In this document: positions 21,415 through 30,907 of the stretch, piece after piece
Position numbering within the stretch: position 1 is the stretch's first letter
Layout of the letters: every line of letters starts with the position of its first letter
Assembly: GCA_044220955.1 (NCBI GenBank)
Contig: JBGAQA010000001.1
Coordinates: forward strand, 1-64,000
Direction of reading: 5' to 3'
DNA: 64,000 bases
DNA from: Sandaracinaceae bacterium
GTDB taxonomy: Bacteria; Myxococcota_A; Polyangia; Polyangiales; Sandaracinaceae
Translations under genes and position numbers: made by a program
The notes under the pieces: model-generated
Told to the model about the DNA's origin: nothing
What the model saw: the letters and a program-made list of their open reading frames with translations, nothing else
Database searches by the model: none

Positions 21415-22356
21415 ATGTGCGCTGCGTCGGCGATTCGGGTAGACCGCGCGCGCTTGCGCGCCGCCGCCATCGCCTTGCTCGTGTCCGCGTGGGCGCTTCC
21501 CGGCGCGGCGCAGGACGTCTCGTCTCCGGCGCCCGAGCCGCCCCCGCCCTCGGCCTCGCCCGCGCCCGCCGACGCCCCCGATCGCTACCTCGTCGCCCCC
21601 CTCGGCGGGGACGCCCCGGAGGCGCTCTCGGCGCAGGCGTGTGACGCCGTGCGCGCGACGCTCGCAGCCGAGGGCTTCGGCGTCGTCGATCCCGCCGACG
21701 CCGCCACGATCTCCCCCGCCCGCTTCGCAGCTGCCCGACGCCTCGACGACCTGCGACCGATCGCGACCGAGCTCGGCGCGACCGCGATCGCGACCGTCGC
21801 CGTGTGGACGAGCGACGGCGCCGCGAGCAGCGTCATCGTCTCGATCGCCCCCGGCGAGCGGAGCTTCAGCGCCACCGAGGCCGTGAGCAGCTCGCTCGGG
21901 CAGAGCGCGAGCGACGCGGTCCACGCAGCGCTCGGCCGCCAGCGCGACGCGCTGCTCGTCGGCGGCGGCACGACGCGCACGCACGACACCGAGCGACACG
22001 ACCCCCCGCCGGCCGAGCACCACGACGACGGCGTCATCCAGAACGGCCAGCTCTTCGGCATCGTCGGCCCCGGCCTGCTCGCCGCGCTCGGCGCCGCCGG
22101 CATCGGCGGGGGCGTGTACGCGTCGCTCGACGCGACGTGCGATCAGCGCGCTCCGAGCGGCCTCTGCCTGCGCGGCGAGCGGCCGAACTACGCGCTCGGG
22201 ATCGTGTTCATCGGCGCCGGCGCCCTCGCGCTCGCGGGCGCGATCGTCTGGTGGGTCCTCGGGGCGGACACGCAGGAGGCGAGCGCCGGACCGCGGATCG
22301 ACGTCGTCGTCCTGCCCGAGGGCGGGGGCTACCTGGGCGCGCGAGGCAGGTTCTGA
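21415..22356 (+). CDS. Secreted/membrane hypothetical protein with two C-terminal hydrophobic helices and a terminal Phe beta-signal
   Basis: Signal peptide AAAIALLVSAWALPGAAQ; two Gly-rich TM segments around a Cys loop; ends GGGYLGARGRF. Start approximate. Confidence 0.7.
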   Translation: MCAASAIRVDRARLRAAAIALLVSAWALPGAAQDVSSPAPEPPPPSASPAPADAPDRYLVAPLGGDAPEALSAQACDAVRATLAAEGFGVVDPADAATISPARFAAARRLDDLRPIATELGATAIATVAVWTSDGAASSVIVSIAPGERSFSATEAVSSSLGQSASDAVHAALGRQRDALLVGGGTTRTHDTERHDPPPAEHHDDGVIQNGQLFGIVGPGLLAALGAAGIGGGVYASLDATCDQRAPSGLCLRGERPNYALGIVFIGAGALALAGAIVWWVLGADTQEASAGPRIDVVVLPEGGGYLGARGRF

Positions 22357-22580
22357 TGCGCGCCCTGCTCCTTCTGGCGATCACCGGCGCGCTCGCCTCC
22401 GGCTGCCTGCGGAGCAAGTTCGACCTCTGTCTGGAGAGCCCGCCCGACCCGCAGTGCGGCTACCTCGACGCCGGCTTCGACGCGGCGGGGACCGACGCGG
22501 GCAGCGACGCGGCCCAGACCGACGCGGGCAGCGACGCGGCGCAGACCGACGCGGGGGCCGCGGACGCGACGACGGACTGA
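22356..22580 (+). CDS. Small lipoprotein (74 aa) with TDAGSDAAQ repeats
   Basis: TGATG overlap with the upstream gene; MRALLLLAITGALASGC lipobox; tandem repeats at about 22491-22556. Confidence 0.7.
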   Translation: MRALLLLAITGALASGCLRSKFDLCLESPPDPQCGYLDAGFDAAGTDAGSDAAQTDAGSDAAQTDAGAADATTD

Positions 22581-22617
22581 CGACGCCCGGCGTGCGTCCC
22601 CTGCGACGCCGAGGACG

Positions 22618-22812
22618 GGATGCCGTCGACGGCATCCGGACTGGCCACCCCTCAGCTCAAAGGCTGTCCCAGAATCGACGACGGCCTCGGGCACGATCCG
22701 GCGGCCGCGCGCGACGAGCGGTGTGCCTCGCGAGGAGCGAAGCGACGAGTCGGAGCGAGGGGTGAGACGCATCCGGCTCCGCCGGTGCGGCGAGGGGCCC
22801 GCTCAGGCCCCT
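22618..22812. repeat. Intergenic palindromic (REP-like) element
   Basis: Perfect 20-bp palindrome GGATGCCGTCGACGGCATCC (22618-22637), a GAGCGAAGCGA motif and a GGGGCC-CGCTCA-GGCCCC hairpin, between convergent genes. Confidence 0.45.
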
Positions 22813-22818
22813 GCAAAC

Positions 22819-24435
22819 TCAGGGCAGCGACGTGAGGAGCACCATGCCGCCACCGTCGACGCCCATGATGGTGGCGTGGTCCGCACCGATGGCGGCCACC
22901 CGTCCCGCGGCGTCGACGGAAGCGCTCGTACCGAGCCAAGCATCGTCGAGCAGCGGCGAGAGGAGGACCGTGCGCCCTTGCGTCCATGCGCGTCCGTCGC
23001 GGGTGAACACGTGCGCGCTCCCCGGGCGCGTGAGCCCACCGACCGGATCCCAGAGGGCTCCGATCACCACGATCGTCCCGGCCGCGTCGAGCGCGATGGC
23101 GCTGCCGAAGCGAGCGTCCGGTCCGACCGACGCAGGTGCCTCGATGATCGCGCTCTCGAGCCAGGTCCCCGCGAAGTCGTAGGCGTACACGCGGCCGACG
23201 TTGTTCCCGGCGGCGGCGTCCGCGCTGGTGGCGGCCACGAGCGCGAGGCTGCCGTCGGACGACACTGCGACGGTGCTTCCGAACCGGTCGTTCATCCGGC
23301 CGTTGCTCGCCGCGAGCGTCGTGGTCTCTTGCCAGCTACCGCTGGCGTCGGAGAAGACGTGGACGCTCCCGATGCCCGCGGTGCCGCGTCGCAGGTCCTG
23401 AGGTGCGCCGGCGAGCGCGGTATGGCCATCGGCGCTGAGCGCCACGGCCGTGCCGAGGTCGTCGCTCGCGGCGCCGTCGCTCGCGATCAAGGTCGCCGCC
23501 TCGCTCCACGTGGTGCCAGCGCGAACGAACACGCGGGCGCTGCCGGCGTCGGCGCCGGCAGCGGTGTCGTCGAGAGGGACGCCCGCGAGCAGCACGGCCC
23601 CGTCGGCGGAGAGCGCCACCGCGCTGCCGAGCGTGTCGAGGTCGCCGCCGTCGCTCGCGCTCAGCGTGGCCTCTTCCGCCCACGACGCACCCGTGCGGAG
23701 GTAGACGTGCACGACGCCGGTCTGCATGCCTCTGGGCGTGGAGGCCGCCGCCTCGCTGACGGCGACGCGCGTGCCCGTGCCGTCGATGGCGACGTCCGCG
23801 CCGAACGCCGTGGTGATGTCGGACTCGACGAAGGTCCACTCGCGGATCCACCCCGTCGCGGATCGCACGAAGACGTGCGCGGTGTTGTCCTCCCGACCGG
23901 TCACGCTGGAGCTCTGGGGAGCGCCCACGACGAGGCGCATCCCGTCGGCGCTCATGGCCACCGCGTCCCCGAACCCGTCGTTGCCTTCCGTGTCGTAGCC
24001 GGCGAGCACGAACGTCGTCGGCGGGGGCGGCACGCCGGCGTCGTCCGACGAGCGTGTGTCGAAGCAGAAGCCGACGCCGCTCGCGAGCGTCTGACACACG
24101 CCGTCGGAGGGGCACTCCGCGCTCGAGGCGCAGGTCGACTCGCAGCGTCCGCCGACGCAGAGCAGGCCCGCGGCGCAGACGCGACCCACGCCCTGCTCGC
24201 AGCCGAGATCCTGGTCGAGGGAGCACGCGCCCACGCCGTCGGCGCCGCGCAGGCAGCGTCCGCCGGGGGCGCAGTCGCGGTTGGCCTCGCATCCGGTCCG
24301 GCAGCGCCCGAAGCGGCACGTGAGGCCGGCCGGGCAGTCGCTCGGCGTGCTGCAGCTGGCCCCCGTCGGGGCGCTGCCTTGGCAGCCCGCGGCGAGCACG
24401 AGGCAGGCGAGCAGCGCGTGAGCGGCCGATCGCAC
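22819..24435 (-). CDS. Lipoprotein with Cys-rich repeats and FG-GAP beta-propeller
   Basis: LVLAAGC lipobox; CxxxxDC repeats; repeated FG/LG-x-AVA-x-SADG...GAP and W-x-E-x-ATL-x-ASDG units. Confidence 0.85.
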   Translation of the reverse strand: MRSAAHALLACLVLAAGCQGSAPTGASCSTPSDCPAGLTCRFGRCRTGCEANRDCAPGGRCLRGADGVGACSLDQDLGCEQGVGRVCAAGLLCVGGRCESTCASSAECPSDGVCQTLASGVGFCFDTRSSDDAGVPPPPTTFVLAGYDTEGNDGFGDAVAMSADGMRLVVGAPQSSSVTGREDNTAHVFVRSATGWIREWTFVESDITTAFGADVAIDGTGTRVAVSEAAASTPRGMQTGVVHVYLRTGASWAEEATLSASDGGDLDTLGSAVALSADGAVLLAGVPLDDTAAGADAGSARVFVRAGTTWSEAATLIASDGAASDDLGTAVALSADGHTALAGAPQDLRRGTAGIGSVHVFSDASGSWQETTTLAASNGRMNDRFGSTVAVSSDGSLALVAATSADAAAGNNVGRVYAYDFAGTWLESAIIEAPASVGPDARFGSAIALDAAGTIVVIGALWDPVGGLTRPGSAHVFTRDGRAWTQGRTVLLSPLLDDAWLGTSASVDAAGRVAAIGADHATIMGVDGGGMVLLTSLP

Positions 24436-24660
24436 GACGCACACGACGGGTCCCTCCACGCCGCCAGGCTCCCGGTTTCTTTCTCCCGTGTCAACGCGGA
24501 GCCAGGTGCGCGCGCGTCCAGTCTCCGGTCGATCGCGCCTGACGGTGTGCTGATCGGTGCGCCCGTGACCTGAATGGGGCGGGGGTGTGCGCACTGGGGA
24601 TCGCAGCCGGGCCCGCCGAGCGCTGGCCCCCGGCTTGCGTCGTGGCGCGCGGAGGCCCCC

Positions 24661-26223
24661 ATGCCCGCTCGCCATGCCGCCCTGCTCGCGCTCGCGCTCG
24701 CCGCCGCGTCCGGCTGTGCGCCGCCGGCCGCGGGGTACGAGGCCGCCCCGAACGAGGTCGTCATCTGCGGGCACGGCCCGACGGTCGAGGGCATCGACGT
24801 CTCGTCCTGGCAGGGCGACATCGACTGGGGCGCGGTCGCGCGCTCGGGCATCCGCTACGCCATCGTCCGGATCGGCGACGGCACCTATCACGACCGCGAC
24901 TTCGCCACGAACTGGGAGGGCGCGCGAGCGAGCGGCCTGATCCGAGGGGCCTACCAGTTCTTCGAGCCCGAGCAGGACCCGGCCGTGCAGGCCGACATCG
25001 TGGTCGCCGCCGTCGGCCGCCTCGGGCCCGGCGATCTGCCCGTGACGATCGACGTCGAGGCGCCCTCGCCCGGCGTCTCGCCCGGCGAGTACACGCGCCG
25101 CATCCACGTGTGGGTCGATCGCGTGACCGCCGGCACCGGCCGCGCGCCGATCGTCTACACCGGGCGCTACTACTGGGATCCCTACGTCGCGAGCAGCGAC
25201 TTCGTGGGCCTGCCCCTCTGGCACGCCCAGTACACGAGCGCGGCGTGCCCGAACATCGACGACCGCTGGGGCGACTGGGCGTTCTGGCAGTACACCTCGA
25301 GCGGCTCGGTCCCCGGGATCGCGGGCAACGTCGATCGCGACCGCTTCAACGGCACGTACGAGGAGCTCGCCGCGCTCGCGAGCGCCGCCACGTGCGACGC
25401 GCACTGCGAGGGCAGCGTGATCGTGGACGCCTCGTGCGGCCGTGGCGACTGCGCGCCCTTCGGCTCGCGCTGCGTCGACGACGCGCTCGGCGCGCGCTGC
25501 GCGTTCTTCGCCTGCCCCGACGTCGGCGACACCACGGTCTGCCTGGACGACCACACGATCGGAACCTGCCACGACGGAGCGATCTCCACGGGCGACTGCG
25601 CGGTGTACGGCTCGCGCTGCACTGCGGCGGGGGGGCCGGCGCGCTGCGCGTTCTTCGCCTGCCCCGACGTCGGCGACACCACGGTCTGCCTGGACGACCA
25701 CACGATCGGAACCTGCCACGACGGAGCGATCTCCACGGGCGACTGCGCGGCGTTCGGCGCCTACTGCTCGACGGCCGGGGCGAGCGGCCCGGTCGCGGGG
25801 CACTGCGCGAGCGTCTTCTGCGTCGACTCCGCCAGCGCGACCCCGATCCCCCACGACGCGTGCTTGCCGAACGGACAGCTCGCGCACTGCACCGACACCG
25901 GCGGCATCGAGAACGCGCGCGACTGCGCCGCGGGGAGCACGTGCACGACGCTCGGCGGCGTCGGCAGCTGCGTCGACCCGAGCGCTCCGACGCCGGACGC
26001 GGGCCCCGGCAACGCGATGGGCACGCGCGCCGACGCGGGCGCGGCGATGGGCGTCGGCGATGCGGGCATGATGCGCGGAGCCGACGGCTCGATGGCGCCG
26101 ATGCGCGCGGGCGAGGGGATCCACGGCGGCGGATGCAGCGCCCTCGGCACGGGCGCCGGCGGCACCTCGCTCCCGGCCATCGCGCTGGCGATCTTGGCCC
26201 TCGGGCGGCGCCGGACGCGCTGA
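24661..26223 (+). CDS. GH25 muramidase (lysozyme) with Cys-rich stalk and MYXO-CTERM-like tail
   Basis: GIDVSSWQG, TIDVE, FWQYTSSG...NVDRD; lipobox AASGC; C-terminal GGGCS...LAILALGRRR. Confidence 0.9.
   Translation: MPARHAALLALALAAASGCAPPAAGYEAAPNEVVICGHGPTVEGIDVSSWQGDIDWGAVARSGIRYAIVRIGDGTYHDRDFATNWEGARASGLIRGAYQFFEPEQDPAVQADIVVAAVGRLGPGDLPVTIDVEAPSPGVSPGEYTRRIHVWVDRVTAGTGRAPIVYTGRYYWDPYVASSDFVGLPLWHAQYTSAACPNIDDRWGDWAFWQYTSSGSVPGIAGNVDRDRFNGTYEELAALASAATCDAHCEGSVIVDASCGRGDCAPFGSRCVDDALGARCAFFACPDVGDTTVCLDDHTIGTCHDGAISTGDCAVYGSRCTAAGGPARCAFFACPDVGDTTVCLDDHTIGTCHDGAISTGDCAAFGAYCSTAGASGPVAGHCASVFCVDSASATPIPHDACLPNGQLAHCTDTGGIENARDCAAGSTCTTLGGVGSCVDPSAPTPDAGPGNAMGTRADAGAAMGVGDAGMMRGADGSMAPMRAGEGIHGGGCSALGTGAGGTSLPAIALAILALGRRRTR
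25492..25750 (+). repeat. Intragenic duplication: two identical 112-bp blocks with a 147-bp period
   Basis: 25492-25603 equals 25639-25750 (ARCAFFACPDVGDTTVCLDDHTIGTCHDGAISTGDCA twice). Confidence 0.9.
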
Positions 26224-26472
26224 GGCCGGGCTGCCTCGTTCACGAGAAACGAAGAACGGGCGCGGGCCGCCGCCAGCCCCGTCGACCGGTGCGCCGCCGC
26301 GCGTCGCTCGCTAAACCGAATCGCGACACGGAGCCGGCGACGCATGCGACGCTCGCGGCCATGAGGCGACGATCACCATGAACGCTGGGCTTGGCGTCGT
26401 GCGCGTGGGCGTGCCCGCGCGGGCAGAGCGGCGGCGCAGGTCTGCCGCGTTCATCGACGATCGGAGGGCGCC

Positions 26473-28443
26473 GTGAGACGCGCGCTCCTCGTGCTGGCGT
26501 GGGCGTGCTGTGCGTGGGCGTGCGCCGGCGCTGCCCGGCCGGCCACGCAGCCCCCGCCCGCGCCCTCGACCCTCGTGGCCTCGACGCCGACGACGAGCGA
26601 GCCACCGGCACCGAGCGAGCCATCGGCGACGACGCCGGCGATCGCGCCGCCGACGACGACCTCTTCCGCGGCCCTCGCAGCGCCTCCGGATCCGGCCGAC
26701 GAACCGATCGAGCCGCCCGATCGACGCTACACCGTGCTCACGCTCGCGGAGGGCGCGGTGTCGGCCACGCACCCGCTGCGCGTGGCGTCGCACAGCTCGA
26801 CGCTCGAAGACACGGACACGACGATGGTGTGGGAAGACGTCGTGCACCCGGTCCCGGCGGTCCGCCGCGCGATCGCGACGTGGGCCCGCGAGTACGCGCG
26901 CGCGATCGCGCTGTCCTGGGCGTTCGACCTGGAGTGTCACCTCGCGCTCGCGGACCAGAACGCGGTGGCGACGTGGTGCACGTACCAGGAGGTCGTCGGG
27001 CGGGACGGCAGCACCGAGTCCCACCTCGTCGGTCAGGCCATGCGCATCGAGGGCGAGACGCTCGTGCCGCTCGACGTCGTGTCGTCGTTCGTCGCGCGGC
27101 CCGGCTTCCAGCGGCACGCGACGGAGAGCTGCAACGCCGCGGCGAGCGCGATGATGATGCGCGAAGCGGATGGGTCGGACGGTGAGCGCGAGGTTCCGAC
27201 GACGTTCACGCAGTGCGCGCACGCGCTGATGCTGCCCGGCCCTCGGGGGCTCCAGATGATCTACCTGGCGCCGACCTACGAGCTCGATACGGTAACCGTG
27301 GAGGTCCCCTGGCGCGATCTCGCCGATGGTGTGCGCGCCGACGGGGGGTTCGCGTCGTTTCTCCCCTCGGTAGGGACGCACGAGATCGTGATCGCAGGCG
27401 CCGACGTGCTCTCGGCCTCGCTCGAGCTCGACTGCTCCGTGCGCTTCGCGGTCACGGACGCGCGGCCCTGGGACGAGATCCTGGACGCCTACCTCGGCGC
27501 AGACGTGCATGGCGATGCCGGCGTGATCGCGAGCGGACCTGGGCAGGGGCGCCTCTTGCTCGAGAGCTGCGCGCCCGACGAGGCGGCGCTCTTGGCGGCG
27601 CGCGACGCGGCGCGCGAGGTCGCGCACCGGCTGCACGCGCACGCCGAGCGCATCGAGGCCCCCGCGACCGCGGAGATCGCGCTCCGGCAGCTCGGAGACC
27701 CGCTCAACCTCCGCCGGACGCCCGGCACCGATGGCCCGTGGGTGGCGTGGCTGCCGGAAGGCGTGCTCGTGGCGGCGATCTCCGGAAGCATCGATGGCAC
27801 GCCATCGCGACGCGGCTTCGGCGCGTTCTCCCTCGTCGGCGCGGGTGGCGGCCGATCGGGCTGGTGCGGCGGCCGCACGATCACGTGGTTCCCGCCCGAC
27901 TCGCGACCCGACCTGAGCACGCTCCTCGGGGGACTGCCGGACGCCGAGCGCGAGGAGGCGGCGCGCAGCGCGATGGTCGGAGTGACGCCCATGGCGTCGG
28001 GGCTGCGGACGGAATTCGCCTACGTCGTCGCATCCCTGACGACGCCTTCGCCGAGCGTGGTCGTCGGTGTCACGCTGCGCCGCGCGCGTCATGCTCCGCT
28101 GACGACGCCGGCGGTCTACGCACGCGCCGCGGGAACGTACGAGCACGTGCGCGTCGTGCGCTCACCGCCCGAGGACCCCTACGTCCTGATCGGGACGCGC
28201 GTGCCGGAGCTGAGTGACGGGATGGTGCGCTGGCAGCTCTTCGCGCCGGGATCGCCGACGGCGGGCTGGACCCTCGATGCGCCGACGGCGCAGACGCTCC
28301 CGGAGCAGGCGCGCGCCCGGCTCGAGACGCGCACCTTCTCCCGGGCGCACACGTGGCTGGCCAGCTTCCGCATGCCGGATCACTCCCTCGTTCGGGTGCG
28401 CGCGTCGCACGGCGTCTTCGTGGAGGAGCGCGTGCGACGGTGA
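26473..28443 (+). CDS. Large hypothetical lipoprotein with SH3b-like segment
   Basis: Signal peptide with Cys, Pro/Thr linker, and LNLRRTPGTDGPWVAWLPEG resembling the start of bacterial SH3. Confidence 0.65.
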   Translation: MRRALLVLAWACCAWACAGAARPATQPPPAPSTLVASTPTTSEPPAPSEPSATTPAIAPPTTTSSAALAAPPDPADEPIEPPDRRYTVLTLAEGAVSATHPLRVASHSSTLEDTDTTMVWEDVVHPVPAVRRAIATWAREYARAIALSWAFDLECHLALADQNAVATWCTYQEVVGRDGSTESHLVGQAMRIEGETLVPLDVVSSFVARPGFQRHATESCNAAASAMMMREADGSDGEREVPTTFTQCAHALMLPGPRGLQMIYLAPTYELDTVTVEVPWRDLADGVRADGGFASFLPSVGTHEIVIAGADVLSASLELDCSVRFAVTDARPWDEILDAYLGADVHGDAGVIASGPGQGRLLLESCAPDEAALLAARDAAREVAHRLHAHAERIEAPATAEIALRQLGDPLNLRRTPGTDGPWVAWLPEGVLVAAISGSIDGTPSRRGFGAFSLVGAGGGRSGWCGGRTITWFPPDSRPDLSTLLGGLPDAEREEAARSAMVGVTPMASGLRTEFAYVVASLTTPSPSVVVGVTLRRARHAPLTTPAVYARAAGTYEHVRVVRSPPEDPYVLIGTRVPELSDGMVRWQLFAPGSPTAGWTLDAPTAQTLPEQARARLETRTFSRAHTWLASFRMPDHSLVRVRASHGVFVEERVRR

Positions 28444-29375
28444 GGCGTGCGTGGCGCCTCGCGCTCGCGATCGGGTGCTGCGCTCCCTTCGCCCCGATCG
28501 GTGGCGTCCCGGTCGAGGGCCAGGCGATGCACGAGGCGGCGCCGTCGATCCTCGACCCGGACGGCTGCGTGGGCTGTCACGAGGAAGAGACCGCCGCGTG
28601 GAGCAGCTCGCTGCACGCGAGCGCGAGCGTCGATCCGGTCTACCTGGCCGAGCACGGAGGCGGGCGCGATCCCTTCTGCACCGGCTGCCACGATCCGCGC
28701 GGCGAGGACCGCGGCGTCGACTGCGCGACGTGTCACCTCGAGGACGGCGTGATCGTCGCCCCGCACGCGAGCGGCCGGGCCCCGCACCCGACGCGCGTCG
28801 TGACGGAGCGAGCGACCCCGAGCGCTTGCGCGGGTTGCCACGACTTCGACTTCCCGCGCGTCCCGGGCCAGCCGATGCAGGACACGGTGGACGAGTGGCG
28901 AGCGAGCGAGGCGCCCGCGTGCCAGCGATGCCACATGCCTGAAGGCGACCACGCGTTCGTGGCCCGGCGCGACCCGAGCTTCGCGTCTGGCGCGATCGAG
29001 GTGAGCGTGCGTGCGCGCGCCCGAGCACGCTCCACGCGCGTCCTCGTCACCCTCGAGAACCACGCCGGCCACGCGGTCCCGACGGGAGACGTGTTCCGGC
29101 GGCTGACGATCACCGTCACGGCGGGCAGCGCGACCCGGACGGTGAGCCTCGGCCGGCGCTTCCACCCCGAGCACGGCGAGCTCGTCGAGACTCGCGACGA
29201 CCGCCTCGCTCCGCGCGAGCGCCGCACGGTGGTCGTGACGCTGCCGGTCGCCGCGGAGCGCGCGGCGTGGTCGGTCGCCATCGAGGCGGTCACCGCGGAG
29301 CGCGCACGGGCGCTCGGCCTGGCGGACCCCGAGTGGCGCACGGAGCTCGCGAACGGAGAGACCGTGGCGCGCTGA
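28440..29375 (+). CDS. Pentaheme c-type cytochrome with C-terminal Ig-like domain
   Basis: Five CxxCH motifs (CVGCH, CTGCH, CATCH, CAGCH, CQRCH); AGHAVPTGD; GTGA overlap with the upstream gene. Confidence 0.88.
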   Translation: MRRAWRLALAIGCCAPFAPIGGVPVEGQAMHEAAPSILDPDGCVGCHEEETAAWSSSLHASASVDPVYLAEHGGGRDPFCTGCHDPRGEDRGVDCATCHLEDGVIVAPHASGRAPHPTRVVTERATPSACAGCHDFDFPRVPGQPMQDTVDEWRASEAPACQRCHMPEGDHAFVARRDPSFASGAIEVSVRARARARSTRVLVTLENHAGHAVPTGDVFRRLTITVTAGSATRTVSLGRRFHPEHGELVETRDDRLAPRERRTVVVTLPVAAERAAWSVAIEAVTAERARALGLADPEWRTELANGETVAR

Positions 29376-29580
29376 GCGCCAGCCATCGACCGACGCGGTC
29401 GGCTGAGCCGTCTGAGCGCGCGGCCGCGGTCCACGCAGCGCGGCGCACGGGCCGGGCCGCGGGGGCCGCCGCATCGCGCGCAGCCAGGGCGCGGTGCGGG
29501 GCAGGACGGCCGCAGTTCCGCGGGGGAACCGCGCATCGACGGCCGCCGAAGGAGGGCCGGGACCGCAAACGCCTCGGAGA

Positions 29581-30795
29581 TCAGAAACAGAAGCCGCTCG
29601 AGGAGCAGCAATACTGGCCACAGTAGTGGCTGCTGCCCGACGCGATGCACGACGGGCAGCACACGGGATCGCTTCCCGTGCAGCTCCCGGGGCAGTCCGA
29701 GTCGGACGCGCACGACCCGGACGACCCGCCGCCCGAGCACGACGAGACCTGATGCTGGCCGCTCGGACAGCTCGTCCGCGCCGCCTGGAGGCCGAGCGCC
29801 ACGTAGTCGGTGCAGTTGGAGACCTCGCGCTCACCGGCGCCGCAGGCCGCGCCGTCGCGCTCGCAGTTGCAGTGGCCGCCGGAGGCGCAGCAGCGCCATG
29901 GCCGCGTGTCGGGTACGTTGTCGCAGACCGTCGTGTACGGAACGCCGGCGCCCGGGTCGTAGTAGTTGCTGCACGCGCAGCTCGAGCTGAACGACTGGCA
30001 ACGCCAGGGCTGGCTGAGCCAGCACGAGCAGCTCCCCGACGACGGGAATCCGCTCGACGCGCAGCAGATCATGGGCGCGAACGAGGCGTCCGGGATGCAA
30101 GTGCCCGAGAAGCGCGTCGGGCCCGTGTCCGTGTCCCCGTTGCACTCGCACCACTCCGCACGCGTGACGGAGCCCGTGCACGTCACCACGTGATCCCTCG
30201 GCGGCGGCGGACCCGCGTCCGGCGGACCGGCATCATGCGGAACGTCCGGCACGCAGGAGACGCACACGCCGTCGCCGCAGTCGGCGACTGCTGCCGATTG
30301 CGTCGAGTAGCAGAGGTCACTGCCCGGGCAGTAATACGGGTGGTCCGGCTGGCAGCAGCGATCACCGCAGTCGTAGTTCGGCCCGCAGCTCACGGTCGGA
30401 GTCGAGTAGCGACACGAACCCCCGGGCGGGACCCACGCGTCGCGAGGCGGCGTGAACGCGTCGCGGGGGGGCGTGAACGCGTCGCGGGGGGGCGGGCCGG
30501 CATCGCCCGAGGCGGTGCATCCGTTCGTGTCGGGAGCGCAGACCGAGAAGGTGCCTGCGCTGCGACACGCGTAGCTCATCGGACACTCGCAGTCGCTCGT
30601 GCACGTGCGCGTACAGCGCCCGGAAAGGCAGAGCATCGACTCGCAGTCGGCGTGGCCAGCGCAGGTCCCCCCGAACCCGGCCGTCATCCCCCCCGGCTCC
30701 GACGCGCACCCCGAAGCCACGAGACCGGCGAGCATCGCCGCGGCGAGCGCAACCACCGCGTGCAACGGAGCGGGACGCACTGTGTTCCCCCGCAT
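29581..30795 (-). CDS. Very Cys-rich lipoprotein
   Basis: LVASGC lipobox; dense Cys modules separated by PPRDAFT repeats and DAG linkers. Confidence 0.75.
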   Translation of the reverse strand: MRGNTVRPAPLHAVVALAAAMLAGLVASGCASEPGGMTAGFGGTCAGHADCESMLCLSGRCTRTCTSDCECPMSYACRSAGTFSVCAPDTNGCTASGDAGPPPRDAFTPPRDAFTPPRDAWVPPGGSCRYSTPTVSCGPNYDCGDRCCQPDHPYYCPGSDLCYSTQSAAVADCGDGVCVSCVPDVPHDAGPPDAGPPPPRDHVVTCTGSVTRAEWCECNGDTDTGPTRFSGTCIPDASFAPMICCASSGFPSSGSCSCWLSQPWRCQSFSSSCACSNYYDPGAGVPYTTVCDNVPDTRPWRCCASGGHCNCERDGAACGAGEREVSNCTDYVALGLQAARTSCPSGQHQVSSCSGGGSSGSCASDSDCPGSCTGSDPVCCPSCIASGSSHYCGQYCCSSSGFCF

Positions 30796-30907
30796 GAGCA
30801 CTCCTCCCCCCGACGTGAGAGCCGAACATTCGTCTCACGGACGGGCGCGATTCGCAAGGTCACGAGGCTTGACAGCCGCGAACCCCCTGCGCGAGCCTGC
30901 CGGCAGC

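Noticed and set aside
24466..24494. TTGACA-N17-GAGCCT on the minus strand (similar element with N18 at 30869-30898) as a special promoter class
   Set aside because: Only two instances with a weak -10; not enough support.
30433..30492. 21-bp repeats here and the longer repeats at 25492-25750 as a possible CRISPR array
   Set aside because: They are in-frame coding repeats (PPRDAFT; Cys modules) with only 2-3 copies, no unique spacer series and no cas genes.
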